Shown here one piece after another: positions 32,547 to 42,364 of a stretch of 64,000 nucleotides of DNA. Numbering within the stretch: position 1 is the first letter of the stretch; each line of letters opens with the position of its first letter. Under the pieces are notes generated by a model. The model saw only the letters and a list, made by a program, of their open reading frames with translations, was not told the DNA's origin and did not search any database. A program made the position numbers and the translations under genes. Source of the stretch: an uncultured Gammaproteobacteria bacterium (GTDB lineage: Bacteria; Patescibacteriota; Microgenomatia; Daviesbacterales; UBA10151); the NCBI GenBank assembly GCA_964636275.1, contig CAZWRN010000001.1:22070-86069 (forward strand), read 5' to 3'.

Positions 32547-35531
32547 GTGGAAGAAGCTGCCGATTCGAGAATCCTCAATAAGCGTATTTTAGTTTCGCGA
32601 AACCATCCAGTAGCTTTTGTCGTGGGAGTTTCTGGGTTCATTGGATCTCATTTAGCCGAGAAATTGCTTGATAAAGGAATTCAAGTGATTGGAGTAGACA
32701 ATCTCTCTTCGGGAAACAAAGGCAACCTAATAGATTGTGTGAAAAATGGTAATTTTCACTTTCTAAATGAAGACATCGCTGATAATCAGACAGTAAAAAA
32801 ATTATTAAACCTTATCTTGCCGCGGATTGATTACGCTTTTTTCGTTGCAGAAAATGGGAAAACAAGTTCAGTATATTCCCACGGATTGGTAAATTTTTTA
32901 CATTTCCTTAAAGAGGCCCGAGATCGGATTGCTGAAGATAAAGATACGGCGATGTCAGAGGAAAAGCCAAAGATATTGATGGCTTCATCTACTGATTTAT
33001 ATGACTCTAAGCTCGCTCGGAATAAACGGGATTTAAAAGAAGCTGAGGTCAAATTTGCTAAATTTGTCCGATATTACAAAATGAATGCCCGGGTGGTGCG
33101 ACTTTCCCCAGTCTTTGGACCACGGATGCATTTTCGAGAAAGTGATTCAGTAGTGAGGCTACTTCAAGTGGCTTTAAATGGTGATTTACAAAAAGAACAA
33201 GTAGATAATGACTTTAGCACCAGATCAATTTTTATAAATGATGCTGTATCTTTGCTTATAAAAGCGATGTTTTCTGGAGGGACTTCTCATAAAATTTATG
33301 ACGGTTCCCTACTCCAGCCCGTCAAGATTGCTGAAATAAAACAGATATTGCTCGATCCCCTTTGGCACGAAGAACGAAATTTTAAACCAACTGAACTCCC
33401 CCCTTGGCCAACACCAAATCTTGAAAAAACCATGACTGAATTAAGCTGGAAGCCTAAGACACCGATTGTTGAGGCTTTAAAAGAAACAATTGTTTATTTT
33501 AAACATCATAGTGAGGAAGTGCCTGAGAGTTCATATAGTAAATTCCAAGAAGAAGGGAAAAAGTGGTCTTTTTCCAATCCGGAAATATTTGGACCAGATA
33601 AGTCCATGGAAAAGAAAGAACCTAGTCGAAGTTTATATTCATCTGAGGAGGATGATAAGATCCGATCGGTTAAATGGGAGAAATTCAAACAAGGGGTCGG
33701 AATGTTAATCTTGACAAGTATTTTAGTGATGGGTTTGATTTATCCATTTGGATCGTTGGCGGTGGGTGGAGTCATGATGAAAAACAATGTAGCCAATACA
33801 CAAAAAGCCTTGGAAGAAGGAGATTTTGATAAAGCTAAATCTGAAATAGGTATGGTAAGAAAAACCATCGGTGATACAAATGAGATGTTAAATTCAGTAG
33901 TAATACTGAAAAAGATTGGATTTTTAAATCAGCCTTTATCTGTCGCAGATGAAGGGGTGATGGTAATAAAAGAGGGGGTTGAGGGGATTGAACACGCTAT
34001 TGTAGGGAGTGAGGCTCTGTTTCAGACAACTAAAATTATCTCTGGTGAGGATCGTTCGGATCCAAAGCCAAATTATGAAAAAGCTCAGACTGAGTTGGTG
34101 GCGGCTAGTGAGAAGATTTCTAAAGTAAACGCTAAGCTAAAAGATGAAAACTTTTTAAATAGCTTTCCGGAGGTGATAAAAGATCGTCTGGTCGATTTGC
34201 AAGGTAGAATCGGGCTTTATCAGAAATTAGTTGACCAGGCACGAGTTGCGGCGATCTTATTGCCGGAAATTACTGCGGTAGAGGGTAAAAAGTCGTATTT
34301 AGTATTGCTGCAAAACAATCTTGAGCTGCGCCCGGCGGGAGGATTTATTGGTTCTTATGGTAAATTTGATTTTGAGGCTGGAAGGCTGACTGGTATAAAA
34401 GTGGATGATATTTATGCCCTGGATGGTCAATTGAAGGATGTGATCGAGCCACCAGCTGAGATTAAAACTCATTTAAATGTTGATAGGTGGTATTTGAGGG
34501 ATTCTAATTATGACCCGGATTTTCCGACATCTGCCAAGCAGGCGAGCTTTTTTTACAAAAAAGAGGGTGGGGATCTAATTAATGGTGTGGTTGCGCTAGA
34601 TCTGACCGCATCAGGTAAACTGCTAAACGCGGTGGGCGGACTTGATTTACCGGAATATGGAGAGAGTGTGGATGGGGACAATTTATTTGAACGGGCTATC
34701 TCTCATGCTGAGGTTGGTTTTTTCCCAGGATCACAAGCCAAAAAAAATTATTTAGTGTCTCTACAAACCCAGCTCTTTAATAAAGTATTCTATCTATCAA
34801 AACAAAATTGGCCGGCTATCATTCAGGCTCTGGGATCTTCCCTTGAACAAAAACATATGATGGTATATATGGAAGATCCCCGGCTTTTTTCCTATATTGC
34901 CTCTCAGAATTGGGCAGGTGTGATGCCACGCGGTGGGGTAAAAGTAGCTGGGGAGACGAGTGACTTTCTAGCAGTTAATGAAGCCAACTTGTCGGCTAAT
35001 AAATCAAACTATTATTTGAAGCGTTCTTTGAATCTGGAGACCGATATAGGTAAAGATGGGGGAGTGAAACACACTTTGCGGATCTCGTATAACAATACCT
35101 CTCCATCTAGTGTCTTTCCGGCTGGTACATATAAAAATTTCTTTAGAGTTTATATGCCTTTGGGAGCCAAGATAAACAAAGCAACAATAGGGGAGAGTGA
35201 TATCACTTCCCAGATGGTAGCTTTTTCTGATTATGGTCGTTCTGGATATTCTACATTCTTTGAAGTAGCTCCTCAGGAGACTAAAAATCTGGTGATTGAA
35301 TACACACTGGCTGACCCACTGGCATTTAAGAATGGGGTAGTGAATTATCGTCTGGATGTACTAAAGCAAGCTGGAGTAATTGCTGATCCATTTAACTGGA
35401 CTTTGAACTATCCGATTAACTACGAAATATCGGATCTGACCGAAGAGTCTTCATCTCAGACCCAACAACTTAAAATTTCTAGCGATTTATTGGAAGACAG
35501 ATCATTCCAATTAAAAGTTAAACAGAAGTAA
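32547..35531 (+). CDS. Fusion protein: NAD-dependent epimerase/dehydratase (Rossmann) N-domain, TM helix, large DUF4012-like extracytoplasmic domain
   Basis: VVGVSGFIGSHLAEKLL GxxGxxG motif; TM VGMLILTSILVMGLIYPFGSLAVGGV; about 600-aa C-terminal domain. Confidence 0.55.
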   Translation: MEEAADSRILNKRILVSRNHPVAFVVGVSGFIGSHLAEKLLDKGIQVIGVDNLSSGNKGNLIDCVKNGNFHFLNEDIADNQTVKKLLNLILPRIDYAFFVAENGKTSSVYSHGLVNFLHFLKEARDRIAEDKDTAMSEEKPKILMASSTDLYDSKLARNKRDLKEAEVKFAKFVRYYKMNARVVRLSPVFGPRMHFRESDSVVRLLQVALNGDLQKEQVDNDFSTRSIFINDAVSLLIKAMFSGGTSHKIYDGSLLQPVKIAEIKQILLDPLWHEERNFKPTELPPWPTPNLEKTMTELSWKPKTPIVEALKETIVYFKHHSEEVPESSYSKFQEEGKKWSFSNPEIFGPDKSMEKKEPSRSLYSSEEDDKIRSVKWEKFKQGVGMLILTSILVMGLIYPFGSLAVGGVMMKNNVANTQKALEEGDFDKAKSEIGMVRKTIGDTNEMLNSVVILKKIGFLNQPLSVADEGVMVIKEGVEGIEHAIVGSEALFQTTKIISGEDRSDPKPNYEKAQTELVAASEKISKVNAKLKDENFLNSFPEVIKDRLVDLQGRIGLYQKLVDQARVAAILLPEITAVEGKKSYLVLLQNNLELRPAGGFIGSYGKFDFEAGRLTGIKVDDIYALDGQLKDVIEPPAEIKTHLNVDRWYLRDSNYDPDFPTSAKQASFFYKKEGGDLINGVVALDLTASGKLLNAVGGLDLPEYGESVDGDNLFERAISHAEVGFFPGSQAKKNYLVSLQTQLFNKVFYLSKQNWPAIIQALGSSLEQKHMMVYMEDPRLFSYIASQNWAGVMPRGGVKVAGETSDFLAVNEANLSANKSNYYLKRSLNLETDIGKDGGVKHTLRISYNNTSPSSVFPAGTYKNFFRVYMPLGAKINKATIGESDITSQMVAFSDYGRSGYSTFFEVAPQETKNLVIEYTLADPLAFKNGVVNYRLDVLKQAGVIADPFNWTLNYPINYEISDLTEESSSQTQQLKISSDLLEDRSFQLKVKQK

Positions 35532-35894
35532 AAATTTCTAATTACTCTAATTTCTAATTTCTAATTTCTAAACAATATTAAAAACTTTAATTTTTTAGAA
35601 ATTACTAATTAGTAATTAGAACTTACCTTCTACTTATCCACCGGACTCTGTAAAGTATAAATTACAAAGTATAAAGTATAAAACTCTGAAATTGAAGCTA
35701 ATTGATATGGTGGGGTTCTTCTCTTTTCGGTTATCCTCCGGACTCTTTTGCACGTATAGGTCTAGTAAGTGGATTAGTTGATTGGTTAATCCGTTAATCA
35801 GGATTTTTTGCTTTTCCGATGAACTAGTTCACTGTTTAACCAATTACTTTCTTATGGTTGAATTCGTGAGGCTAAACGTGATATAGTACTCCCC

Positions 35895-36656
35895 ATGGAC
35901 AAGATTAATTTAAAAGCACAAGAACGAACTGTATTGGGAAAGAAGGTTAAGGCTCTACGAAAAGCTGGTATTATACCTGCTCACGTATTTGGAAATACCA
36001 AAGAGGTTGAACACGTTCAGGTCGATGTTAAAGACTTTATGGCTGTATTACAGCAGGCCGGCGAGACAGGGCTGATCAATTTGCGAATAGGTGAAGAGAA
36101 GGTCAGACCGGTATTAATCCGAGAAACTGACTTTGATCCGCGAAATGGTTCTCTCACCCACGTTGGTTTTTATCAGGTCAATTTGAAAGAAAAAGTTCAG
36201 GTACCGGTGCCAATTGTATTGGTAGGTGAAGAACCAGAATCTGTCAAAATGGGTGAGCATATCGTATTGCAAAATTTGTCAGAAGTGCAGGTGGAGGCTT
36301 TGCCGACAGACTTAATTGAAAATATCGAAGTTAATATTGAGGTTCTGAAGAATGTTGATGATGCTGTGACCGTTGATCAGTTGAGCTATAATCATGATCT
36401 GATTACTGTTTTAGCTGAACCAGAAGAGGTAGTGGTAAAACTGGCTCCGGCAGTGACTGAAGAGATGAAAGCGATGTTGGAAGAGGCTGATGCTGAAGCC
36501 GCTGCCGCAGCTGAAGAAGCGGAAGCCGCTGAGGGTGAAGAAAAAGCTGAAGGTGAAGAGGGTGAGGCTGCTGAAGGAGAAGACGGTGCTGAGTCTACTG
36601 AAGGTGAGTCTACAGAAGAAAAGCCAACTGAAGAAAAATCCGATTCTGCTGAATAA
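35895..36656 (+). CDS. rplY: 50S ribosomal protein L25 / general stress protein Ctc with an acidic E/A-rich tail
   Basis: MDKINLKAQERTVLGKKVKALRKAGIIPAHVFG...; the tail is EEADAEAAAAAEEAEAAEGEE. Confidence 0.85.
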   Translation: MDKINLKAQERTVLGKKVKALRKAGIIPAHVFGNTKEVEHVQVDVKDFMAVLQQAGETGLINLRIGEEKVRPVLIRETDFDPRNGSLTHVGFYQVNLKEKVQVPVPIVLVGEEPESVKMGEHIVLQNLSEVQVEALPTDLIENIEVNIEVLKNVDDAVTVDQLSYNHDLITVLAEPEEVVVKLAPAVTEEMKAMLEEADAEAAAAAEEAEAAEGEEKAEGEEGEAAEGEDGAESTEGESTEEKPTEEKSDSAE

Positions 36657-36661
36657 TCTAT

Positions 36662-36940
36662 ATGTCCTCCCTATCTGAATTAGAAACCCGCATTATTGCG
36701 ATTGAAAAGCGCAATCAGGAGGTTGAGTTAAGTAAAGCCTGGGAAGGCTCATGGACACGAAAGTTTCTAATTATTTTCTTCACTTATATCTCAATATCTT
36801 TTTATCTCTATTTCATCGTTGGTATCGATCCTTGGATTAATGCAATAGTCCCGGCACTTGGTTTCCTTTTGTCCACCTTAACTCTTCCCTATTTTAAGAA
36901 ATGGTGGGGTATGAGAATATACAAGAAGAATGGTGTTTAA
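36662..36940 (+). CDS. Small two-TM membrane protein
   Basis: FLIIFFTYISISFYLYFIVGI and AIVPALGFLLSTLTL. Confidence 0.4.
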   Translation: MSSLSELETRIIAIEKRNQEVELSKAWEGSWTRKFLIIFFTYISISFYLYFIVGIDPWINAIVPALGFLLSTLTLPYFKKWWGMRIYKKNGV

Positions 36941-37427
36941 AAACTTCGTTACCTCCTTTGTTCGTCAATGGAACTTTGTTCGTTCTGAAACTCTTGATAT
37001 CCTTGATTCATTAGATGACCAGAAATTGCTCTATCGACCAACTGGTTCAAATAAATGGCAACCTCTCTACTACCAATTTACATGTATAGCTAGAACGCAA
37101 ATGGTTTATGCCAAAGCCATTAAAGAAGGCAAAATGGATTTTAAATGGTTTGAGAGTGATGAGTTTCCAGACAAGTATCTGTTTAAAACAAAATCAGATT
37201 TGAAGCAGTTACTGGATAAAGCAGATAAACTTTGGAGTGCCGCTATTGTGGACCACAGAAGAAATGAAGAGTTTCAAGTAGCCTGGCCAGGATTTAAACA
37301 ATCTCTTCCTAACCATATTGTTTCTCTTATCTCTCATGAGCGGATTCATCATGGTGAGCTGATTAGTTATCTGACTTTAGGTGGATTTAAACTTCCCAAA
37401 AACTTCAAACAAAATTGGGCTCTTTAA
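36930..37427 (+). CDS. DinB/YfiT-like four-helix-bundle metal-dependent hydrolase family candidate
   Basis: 165 aa with paired His sites (DHRRNEE...HERIHHGE); weak family-level call. Confidence 0.3.
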   Translation: MVFKNFVTSFVRQWNFVRSETLDILDSLDDQKLLYRPTGSNKWQPLYYQFTCIARTQMVYAKAIKEGKMDFKWFESDEFPDKYLFKTKSDLKQLLDKADKLWSAAIVDHRRNEEFQVAWPGFKQSLPNHIVSLISHERIHHGELISYLTLGGFKLPKNFKQNWAL

Positions 37428-39541
37428 GCAGTTGGCCAATGGGTGATCATGATGGATTTGCCTTCGTGGGGCAACTTTTGCCACAATTCTTCGGTTATAA
37501 ACGGCATGTAGGGATGTAAAAGTTCCAGTGATGTTCGAAAAACGTACTCTAAAACTGGTTGGGCTTCAGCTCGGCGCTCTTTGGTTGACTCGATATATTT
37601 ATCGGCAAATTCATGCCATATAAATTCATAGAGAGCTTCAGCACCGTCGTGAAATCTAAATTGTTCGATGGAGTGGGTTACTTTCTTAGTTGTATCGTTT
37701 AGTTTATTTAGTATTGCCTGATCATTGGCTGGTAATTGTTGTATTGTTAAACTGTTAAATTGTTGAGAAGCCTCTAGCGATTTGGCGTCTTCGGGTTTGA
37801 ATTCGATCAAGAATCTTCCTATATTCCAGAGTTTGTTGGTGAATTTTCGCATCGCGTCTAGCTTTGGATAAGATAAGGCTTGATCGTGTCCAAAGGCTGT
37901 TCCATAAACAAGTGCCATTCGGGCAGCGTCGGATCCATACTGGTCAACTATTTCCATAGGAGACACCACATTGCCTTTAGATTTAGACATTTTTTTACCA
38001 AGTGGGTCATTCACTAGACCGTGCAAAGCGACGTCAGTAAAAGGAACTTTACCGGTGACCAAAAGTCCCATCATGACCATTCTGGACACCCAGGCTTTTA
38101 AAATATCATAGCCGGTTTCCATGACACAGGTTGGATAAAACTTTTCAAAATCCCCTGGCATTGTTGTTTGCAGAGTGGCAAATGGCCATTGGCCAGAGGA
38201 GAACCACGTGTCGAAGGTATCCGTATCACGTGTGATATTGGTTGCACCACAATGCTCACAGGCTTCGGGAATCTCCCCTTCAGTGATAGACCATTTGTTA
38301 CACGTTTCACAATACCAGGCAGGGATGCGGATACCCCAGATATTTTGACGTGAGATGTTCCAGTCTTTCAAATTTTCCAACCACTGATAATACAGAGTCG
38401 CATAGTTGGTCGGGTGAATTTTGATCTCCCCTTTCTTGACTGCGTCGATTGCTTGATGTTTGAGTTCCTGAACATTGAGGTACCATTGCTCCATTGGAAG
38501 TGGTTCTAAAACTGTGCCACATTTGTAACAAGTCCCAACTCGGTTTTGATACTGGTCATCAATCTTTTCAATTAAACCTTTTTGCTGCATCTCCTCAACC
38601 ACTGCTTGGCGGGCTTCCAAGACTTTCATTCCAGCAAATTTACCAGCATGTTCATTCATTCGTCCATTAAAACCAATAACCTGTTTCATTTCCAGGTTAT
38701 GTCTTTTTCCCGTTTCAAAATCATTAAAGTCATGAGCTGGCGTGATTTTTACAACTCCTGTCCCAAACTCAGGATCAACGGATTCATCAGCAATAACTTT
38801 GATTTTAGCTGGACCCAAAACAGTCTCTATTTCCAGTTCTTGGTCAATGTATTGTTGGTATCTTTTGTCAGAAGGATGAACAGCGACTGCAGTATCACCA
38901 AATTTAGTTTCTGGTCTAGTAGTTGCTAATACAAGCGGACCATATTTGATGAAGTAGAGTGAACTGGTACGATCTTCATAGGCGACTTCTAGGTCACTAA
39001 ACCCAGTGCCGTGTTTGGTACAGTAATTGACCAATCGGTTGGAACGATAGATCATTCCCTGGTCAGACATCTGTTTGAAGGTTTTATAGACCACTTTGAC
39101 AACATCCGGATCGAGGGTGAATTTTTCTCTGGACCAGTCAACTGAAAAACCTAGACGTCTAAGCTGATTTTCCATTTTGGATTTGTTGGATTGGACATAG
39201 TCCCAGATCATCTGATAAAGAGTGTCTCGGTCGTAGTCAAAACGGGATTTTCCCTCTTTGGCTAAGTTTTTTTCAAACACAACCTGAGTTTCAAATCCTG
39301 CATGATCTGAACCAGGAACCCACAGAGCAGCATCCCCTTTCATTCGGTGATAACGAACCATGATGTCTTCAATACTCATCATGGCGTGACCAAAGTGCAA
39401 ATCAGCATTGGCATTGGGTGGGGGAAGAATGATGGTAAAAGGTTTACCGTCTGGATTTATCTCAGGTTGAAAGAAGCCTGAGTCTTCCCAGAACTGGTAC
39501 CATTTTTCTTCAACTTCATTTTGATTGTAAATTTTATCCAT
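37424..39541 (-). CDS. valS: Valyl-tRNA synthetase, compact form (705 aa)
   Basis: HIGH region ILPPPNANADLHFGHA (ValRS-type PPPN..G.LH.GHA) and KMSKSKGNVVSP; T-box leader upstream. Confidence 0.7.
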   Translation of the reverse strand: MDKIYNQNEVEEKWYQFWEDSGFFQPEINPDGKPFTIILPPPNANADLHFGHAMMSIEDIMVRYHRMKGDAALWVPGSDHAGFETQVVFEKNLAKEGKSRFDYDRDTLYQMIWDYVQSNKSKMENQLRRLGFSVDWSREKFTLDPDVVKVVYKTFKQMSDQGMIYRSNRLVNYCTKHGTGFSDLEVAYEDRTSSLYFIKYGPLVLATTRPETKFGDTAVAVHPSDKRYQQYIDQELEIETVLGPAKIKVIADESVDPEFGTGVVKITPAHDFNDFETGKRHNLEMKQVIGFNGRMNEHAGKFAGMKVLEARQAVVEEMQQKGLIEKIDDQYQNRVGTCYKCGTVLEPLPMEQWYLNVQELKHQAIDAVKKGEIKIHPTNYATLYYQWLENLKDWNISRQNIWGIRIPAWYCETCNKWSITEGEIPEACEHCGATNITRDTDTFDTWFSSGQWPFATLQTTMPGDFEKFYPTCVMETGYDILKAWVSRMVMMGLLVTGKVPFTDVALHGLVNDPLGKKMSKSKGNVVSPMEIVDQYGSDAARMALVYGTAFGHDQALSYPKLDAMRKFTNKLWNIGRFLIEFKPEDAKSLEASQQFNSLTIQQLPANDQAILNKLNDTTKKVTHSIEQFRFHDGAEALYEFIWHEFADKYIESTKERRAEAQPVLEYVFRTSLELLHPYMPFITEELWQKLPHEGKSIMITHWPTA

Positions 39542-39869
39542 AGTTTTTAGTACAGAAGTACAAAGTGATAAGACAATTAATTATTTTTGTGATCTGTACT
39601 TGTAAGCATAAAAAAACACGCGAAATCCCATTGTTGGGACGAGCGTGTCGTGGTACCACCCAAATTTATTAATATTTTTCGAGTGTAACGAGAAATTACA
39701 TTTAATTTTGGAAATTTCTCACTTTTTGAAACTTATTCAAAAAGAAAGCTCTGCTTACTTCGTTCGAAAAATAATAACCTTATTGAAAGCTGTAACGGGC
39801 AAACCCGGAAGAGTCTAATGGGTCCAAGGACCGTTCTTTCTTCAAACACAGGAGACGTTATTTCCTGAT
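39542..39869 (-). promoter_or_regulatory. T-box riboswitch leader of valS
   Basis: On the minus strand AAATTTGGGTGGTACCACG (plus 39649-39667) matches the T-box core AAnnnGGGUGGnACCgCG; a terminator directly follows. Confidence 0.7.
39610..39648 (-). terminator. T-box attenuator terminator
   Basis: Minus-strand ACACGCUCGUCCCAACAAUGGGAUUUCGCGUGU followed by UUUUUUU. Confidence 0.7.
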
Positions 39870-39875
39870 AGGGTG

Positions 39876-39904
39876 ATTATACGATATTTGGTGTAAATTG
39901 ACAA
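39876..39904 (-). promoter_or_regulatory. Sigma-70-type promoter for the valS leader
   Basis: Minus strand TTGTCA (39899-39904), 17-nt spacer, TATAAT (39876-39881). Confidence 0.55.
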
Positions 39905-39905
39905 T

Positions 39906-40406
39906 TTAATTTTTTTCTATCTTCATTGGTCTGGTTACATAACTCACATTGATTTTTTTCTGATTATAGGTTGAAGGAAGTATTCCGCCATTTTTCCTTC
40001 TAAACCAGAAAGTGATATTTTCAGCATTTGTTTCAATACTTTCTAGATTTGCTCCGGGAATTGTTGTTTTGATAGCTCCATTCATGATTATGATTCGGCG
40101 AAGTCCTTGTTGTTTCCATTCTTCAGCAGTGATTAATTCTGAAGGACGTAAATTTTCGATTTCGTCTTCTAGAAATTTACCTCCCACATTGTGAGATAAA
40201 AAAATAGCTGGTAAGTGTTCTATATAGACAGGCCAACCCATTGAATCTGGAAATCTAGTTTCGGATAAAGCAGAGGGATCACTTAAAGTTCCATATTCTG
40301 TCCAGCGGCCAATGGTTCTACTAGGATTTTCTCTCCAAACTCTAGCTCGAGAACTAAAATGACGATCGGCAGAGTCAGAATAGTCTCGGTCATTATCGAG
40401 GATCAT
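39906..40406 (-). CDS. Hypothetical protein
   Basis: 166-aa ORF overlapping the tsaD start by 4 nt; no recognised motif. Confidence 0.4.
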   Translation of the reverse strand: MILDNDRDYSDSADRHFSSRARVWRENPSRTIGRWTEYGTLSDPSALSETRFPDSMGWPVYIEHLPAIFLSHNVGGKFLEDEIENLRPSELITAEEWKQQGLRRIIIMNGAIKTTIPGANLESIETNAENITFWFRRKNGGILPSTYNQKKINVSYVTRPMKIEKN

Positions 40407-41572
40407 AGTGTTAGATTTGGATCTGCCTGTAATTGTATAATATTATCTATGGGTTTTGCAAAAAAAGCTGCTGAGGCAATCATAGCGGCGTTGTCGCCGC
40501 AATATTTGAGATTGGGGAAATGAATGGTAGCTTCCAGCTTTGAGCTTTTAGCTTCAAGTGTTAGTTGGTCGCGGAGTTTTTGATTAGCAGAGACTCCTCC
40601 CCCGACGATAATTGTCGAAACATTGTTTTCCCGAGCAGCTTTGATAGTTTTTTTTACTAAAGATTTGACGATAGTATTTTCCAGGGTTGCACACAGATCT
40701 TTGGCTTCTTGGGTATCATTTTCAATATTTTTTTCTTTAACTAGATTGAGAAAGGCTGTTTTAAGACCAGAAAAAGAGAAATCAAAATCATGTGAGTTAC
40801 TCATTGGTAAAGGCAGAGTAAATTTTTTTGGATTTCCTTCTTTAGCTAGCTGGGAGATCTTGGGGCCACCCGGATAGGGATAGCCCAAAAGCCGGGCACA
40901 TTTATCAAAACATTCACCTGCAGCATCATCTCTGGTGCCGCCAATATATAAATATTTGTTATGGGATTTGAACAAAACCAGATCGGTGTGACCTCCAGAA
41001 ACGAGTAGACCGATACAGGGGAATTCAGGTTCTTTCCAGTTACCGGTTTTCGGTTGTCTGTTATCAGAATTAAGTTGATCAGTTATCGGTTTATCAGTTT
41101 TAGAAACAGACTGACCGACAACAGATAGACTTTCACCTGAAAACTGATGACTGAAAACTGATGACTGACTAATCCAGTTAGCATAGTAATGACCTATGAG
41201 ATGATTGATAGGCAATAGTGGCTTATTCCAGGCTAGTGCCAGAGTCTTGGCTGTTTCGACTCCGACGAGTAAAGAACCGATTAAACCAGGTCCATAGGTT
41301 ACTGCTATAGCATCTATCTGACTGATTTGTTGTGTCAATGTCTCAGTAGGAAACGCTTGAGATAATGCCTCTTTTAATACAGGGATCATGGCTTTTACCT
41401 GCTCTCTGGCTGCCTGTTCTGGGATGATTCCGCCAAATTTAGCCTGTATTTCGGCTGAGGAAGCTATAACACTGGATAAGACTACTATTTCATCGCCGGT
41501 TTTTTTTAATATTGCGGCAGCTGTTTCGTCACAGGATGTTTCAATGCCGAGAATTATCTTAAAGTCATTCAT
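40403..41572 (-). CDS. tsaD: tRNA N6-adenosine threonylcarbamoyltransferase TsaD (Kae1/Gcp) with an internal low-complexity insertion
   Basis: ILGIETSCDETAAAI, HLIGHYYAN, LLVSGGHTDLV; an about 45-aa insert SQSSVFSHQFSGESLSVVGQSVSKTDKPITDQLNSDNRQPKTGNWKEPEF sits between conserved blocks. Confidence 0.88.
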   Translation of the reverse strand: MNDFKIILGIETSCDETAAAILKKTGDEIVVLSSVIASSAEIQAKFGGIIPEQAAREQVKAMIPVLKEALSQAFPTETLTQQISQIDAIAVTYGPGLIGSLLVGVETAKTLALAWNKPLLPINHLIGHYYANWISQSSVFSHQFSGESLSVVGQSVSKTDKPITDQLNSDNRQPKTGNWKEPEFPCIGLLVSGGHTDLVLFKSHNKYLYIGGTRDDAAGECFDKCARLLGYPYPGGPKISQLAKEGNPKKFTLPLPMSNSHDFDFSFSGLKTAFLNLVKEKNIENDTQEAKDLCATLENTIVKSLVKKTIKAARENNVSTIIVGGGVSANQKLRDQLTLEAKSSKLEATIHFPNLKYCGDNAAMIASAAFFAKPIDNIIQLQADPNLTL

Positions 41573-41744
41573 AGCGTAAGTTTAAAGCGTAAAGCATGAA
41601 GGGTAAAGGGTGAAGTTCATTAGTTTAATTTCTAAGTCCTCTAACTTCTAATATCTAAACAAATACCAAAATAAAAATATCAAAATTTTAGAAATTGAGA
41701 TTTAATAATTGTTTAGGTCAATTAGGAATTAGTAATTAGAAATT

Positions 41745-42302
41745 CTAGATCAGCTTTATCTCTGCCAAGGTGTTGTGCTGATGGAAAGAGTGATCTGGGA
41801 CGGACTCAAAGAGCTTGATTGAATCCACTTTGATAGGGTCAAAATCGATCTGTTCAATCTTTTCAAATTCAGCTTCCTGAAAAGGGGTGATTTCAAAATT
41901 GTTGATCTTTCCTAAAGCAATGTGAGGTATAAACCTTCTATCATCGACATCCATACCGAGTTTTTCTATCCCGTCTTTGATACGGTGCCTGAGTAAAAAG
42001 AGTTTATCTATCTCGCCTTTAACACCAATCCAGATCACTTTGGCGGTGTGTAATTGAGGAAAGCCGTCAATATAACCAGGAGTGACAGAAAAAGGCGGAA
42101 TGTCTCTGGTGGCTTCTGTCATTATTTCTATTAAAGGGTCTTTCATATCATCGGGCTGTTCGCCAACAAAAGCGATTGTTAAATGAAACTTATCTGGATC
42201 CTGCGGTTTAAAGTCCGGGACTAAGTCGATAATTTTTTGCTGAGCCATATGAAGCTCCTGTTTGCTATTTTCTGGGATTTCCAGAGAGATAAAAAAACGC
42301 AT
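41745..42302 (-). CDS. thpR: RNA 2',3'-cyclic phosphodiesterase / 2'-5' RNA ligase (2H family)
   Basis: Two H-x-T/S-x motifs: HLTIAFVGE and PHIALGK. Confidence 0.75.
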   Translation of the reverse strand: MRFFISLEIPENSKQELHMAQQKIIDLVPDFKPQDPDKFHLTIAFVGEQPDDMKDPLIEIMTEATRDIPPFSVTPGYIDGFPQLHTAKVIWIGVKGEIDKLFLLRHRIKDGIEKLGMDVDDRRFIPHIALGKINNFEITPFQEAEFEKIEQIDFDPIKVDSIKLFESVPDHSFHQHNTLAEIKLI

Positions 42303-42364
42303 AGAATTAGTTTAGAGCGTTTAGCCTTTAGCGTAAAGTGGAGGTTTGGTGTATAGTTGTTTTT

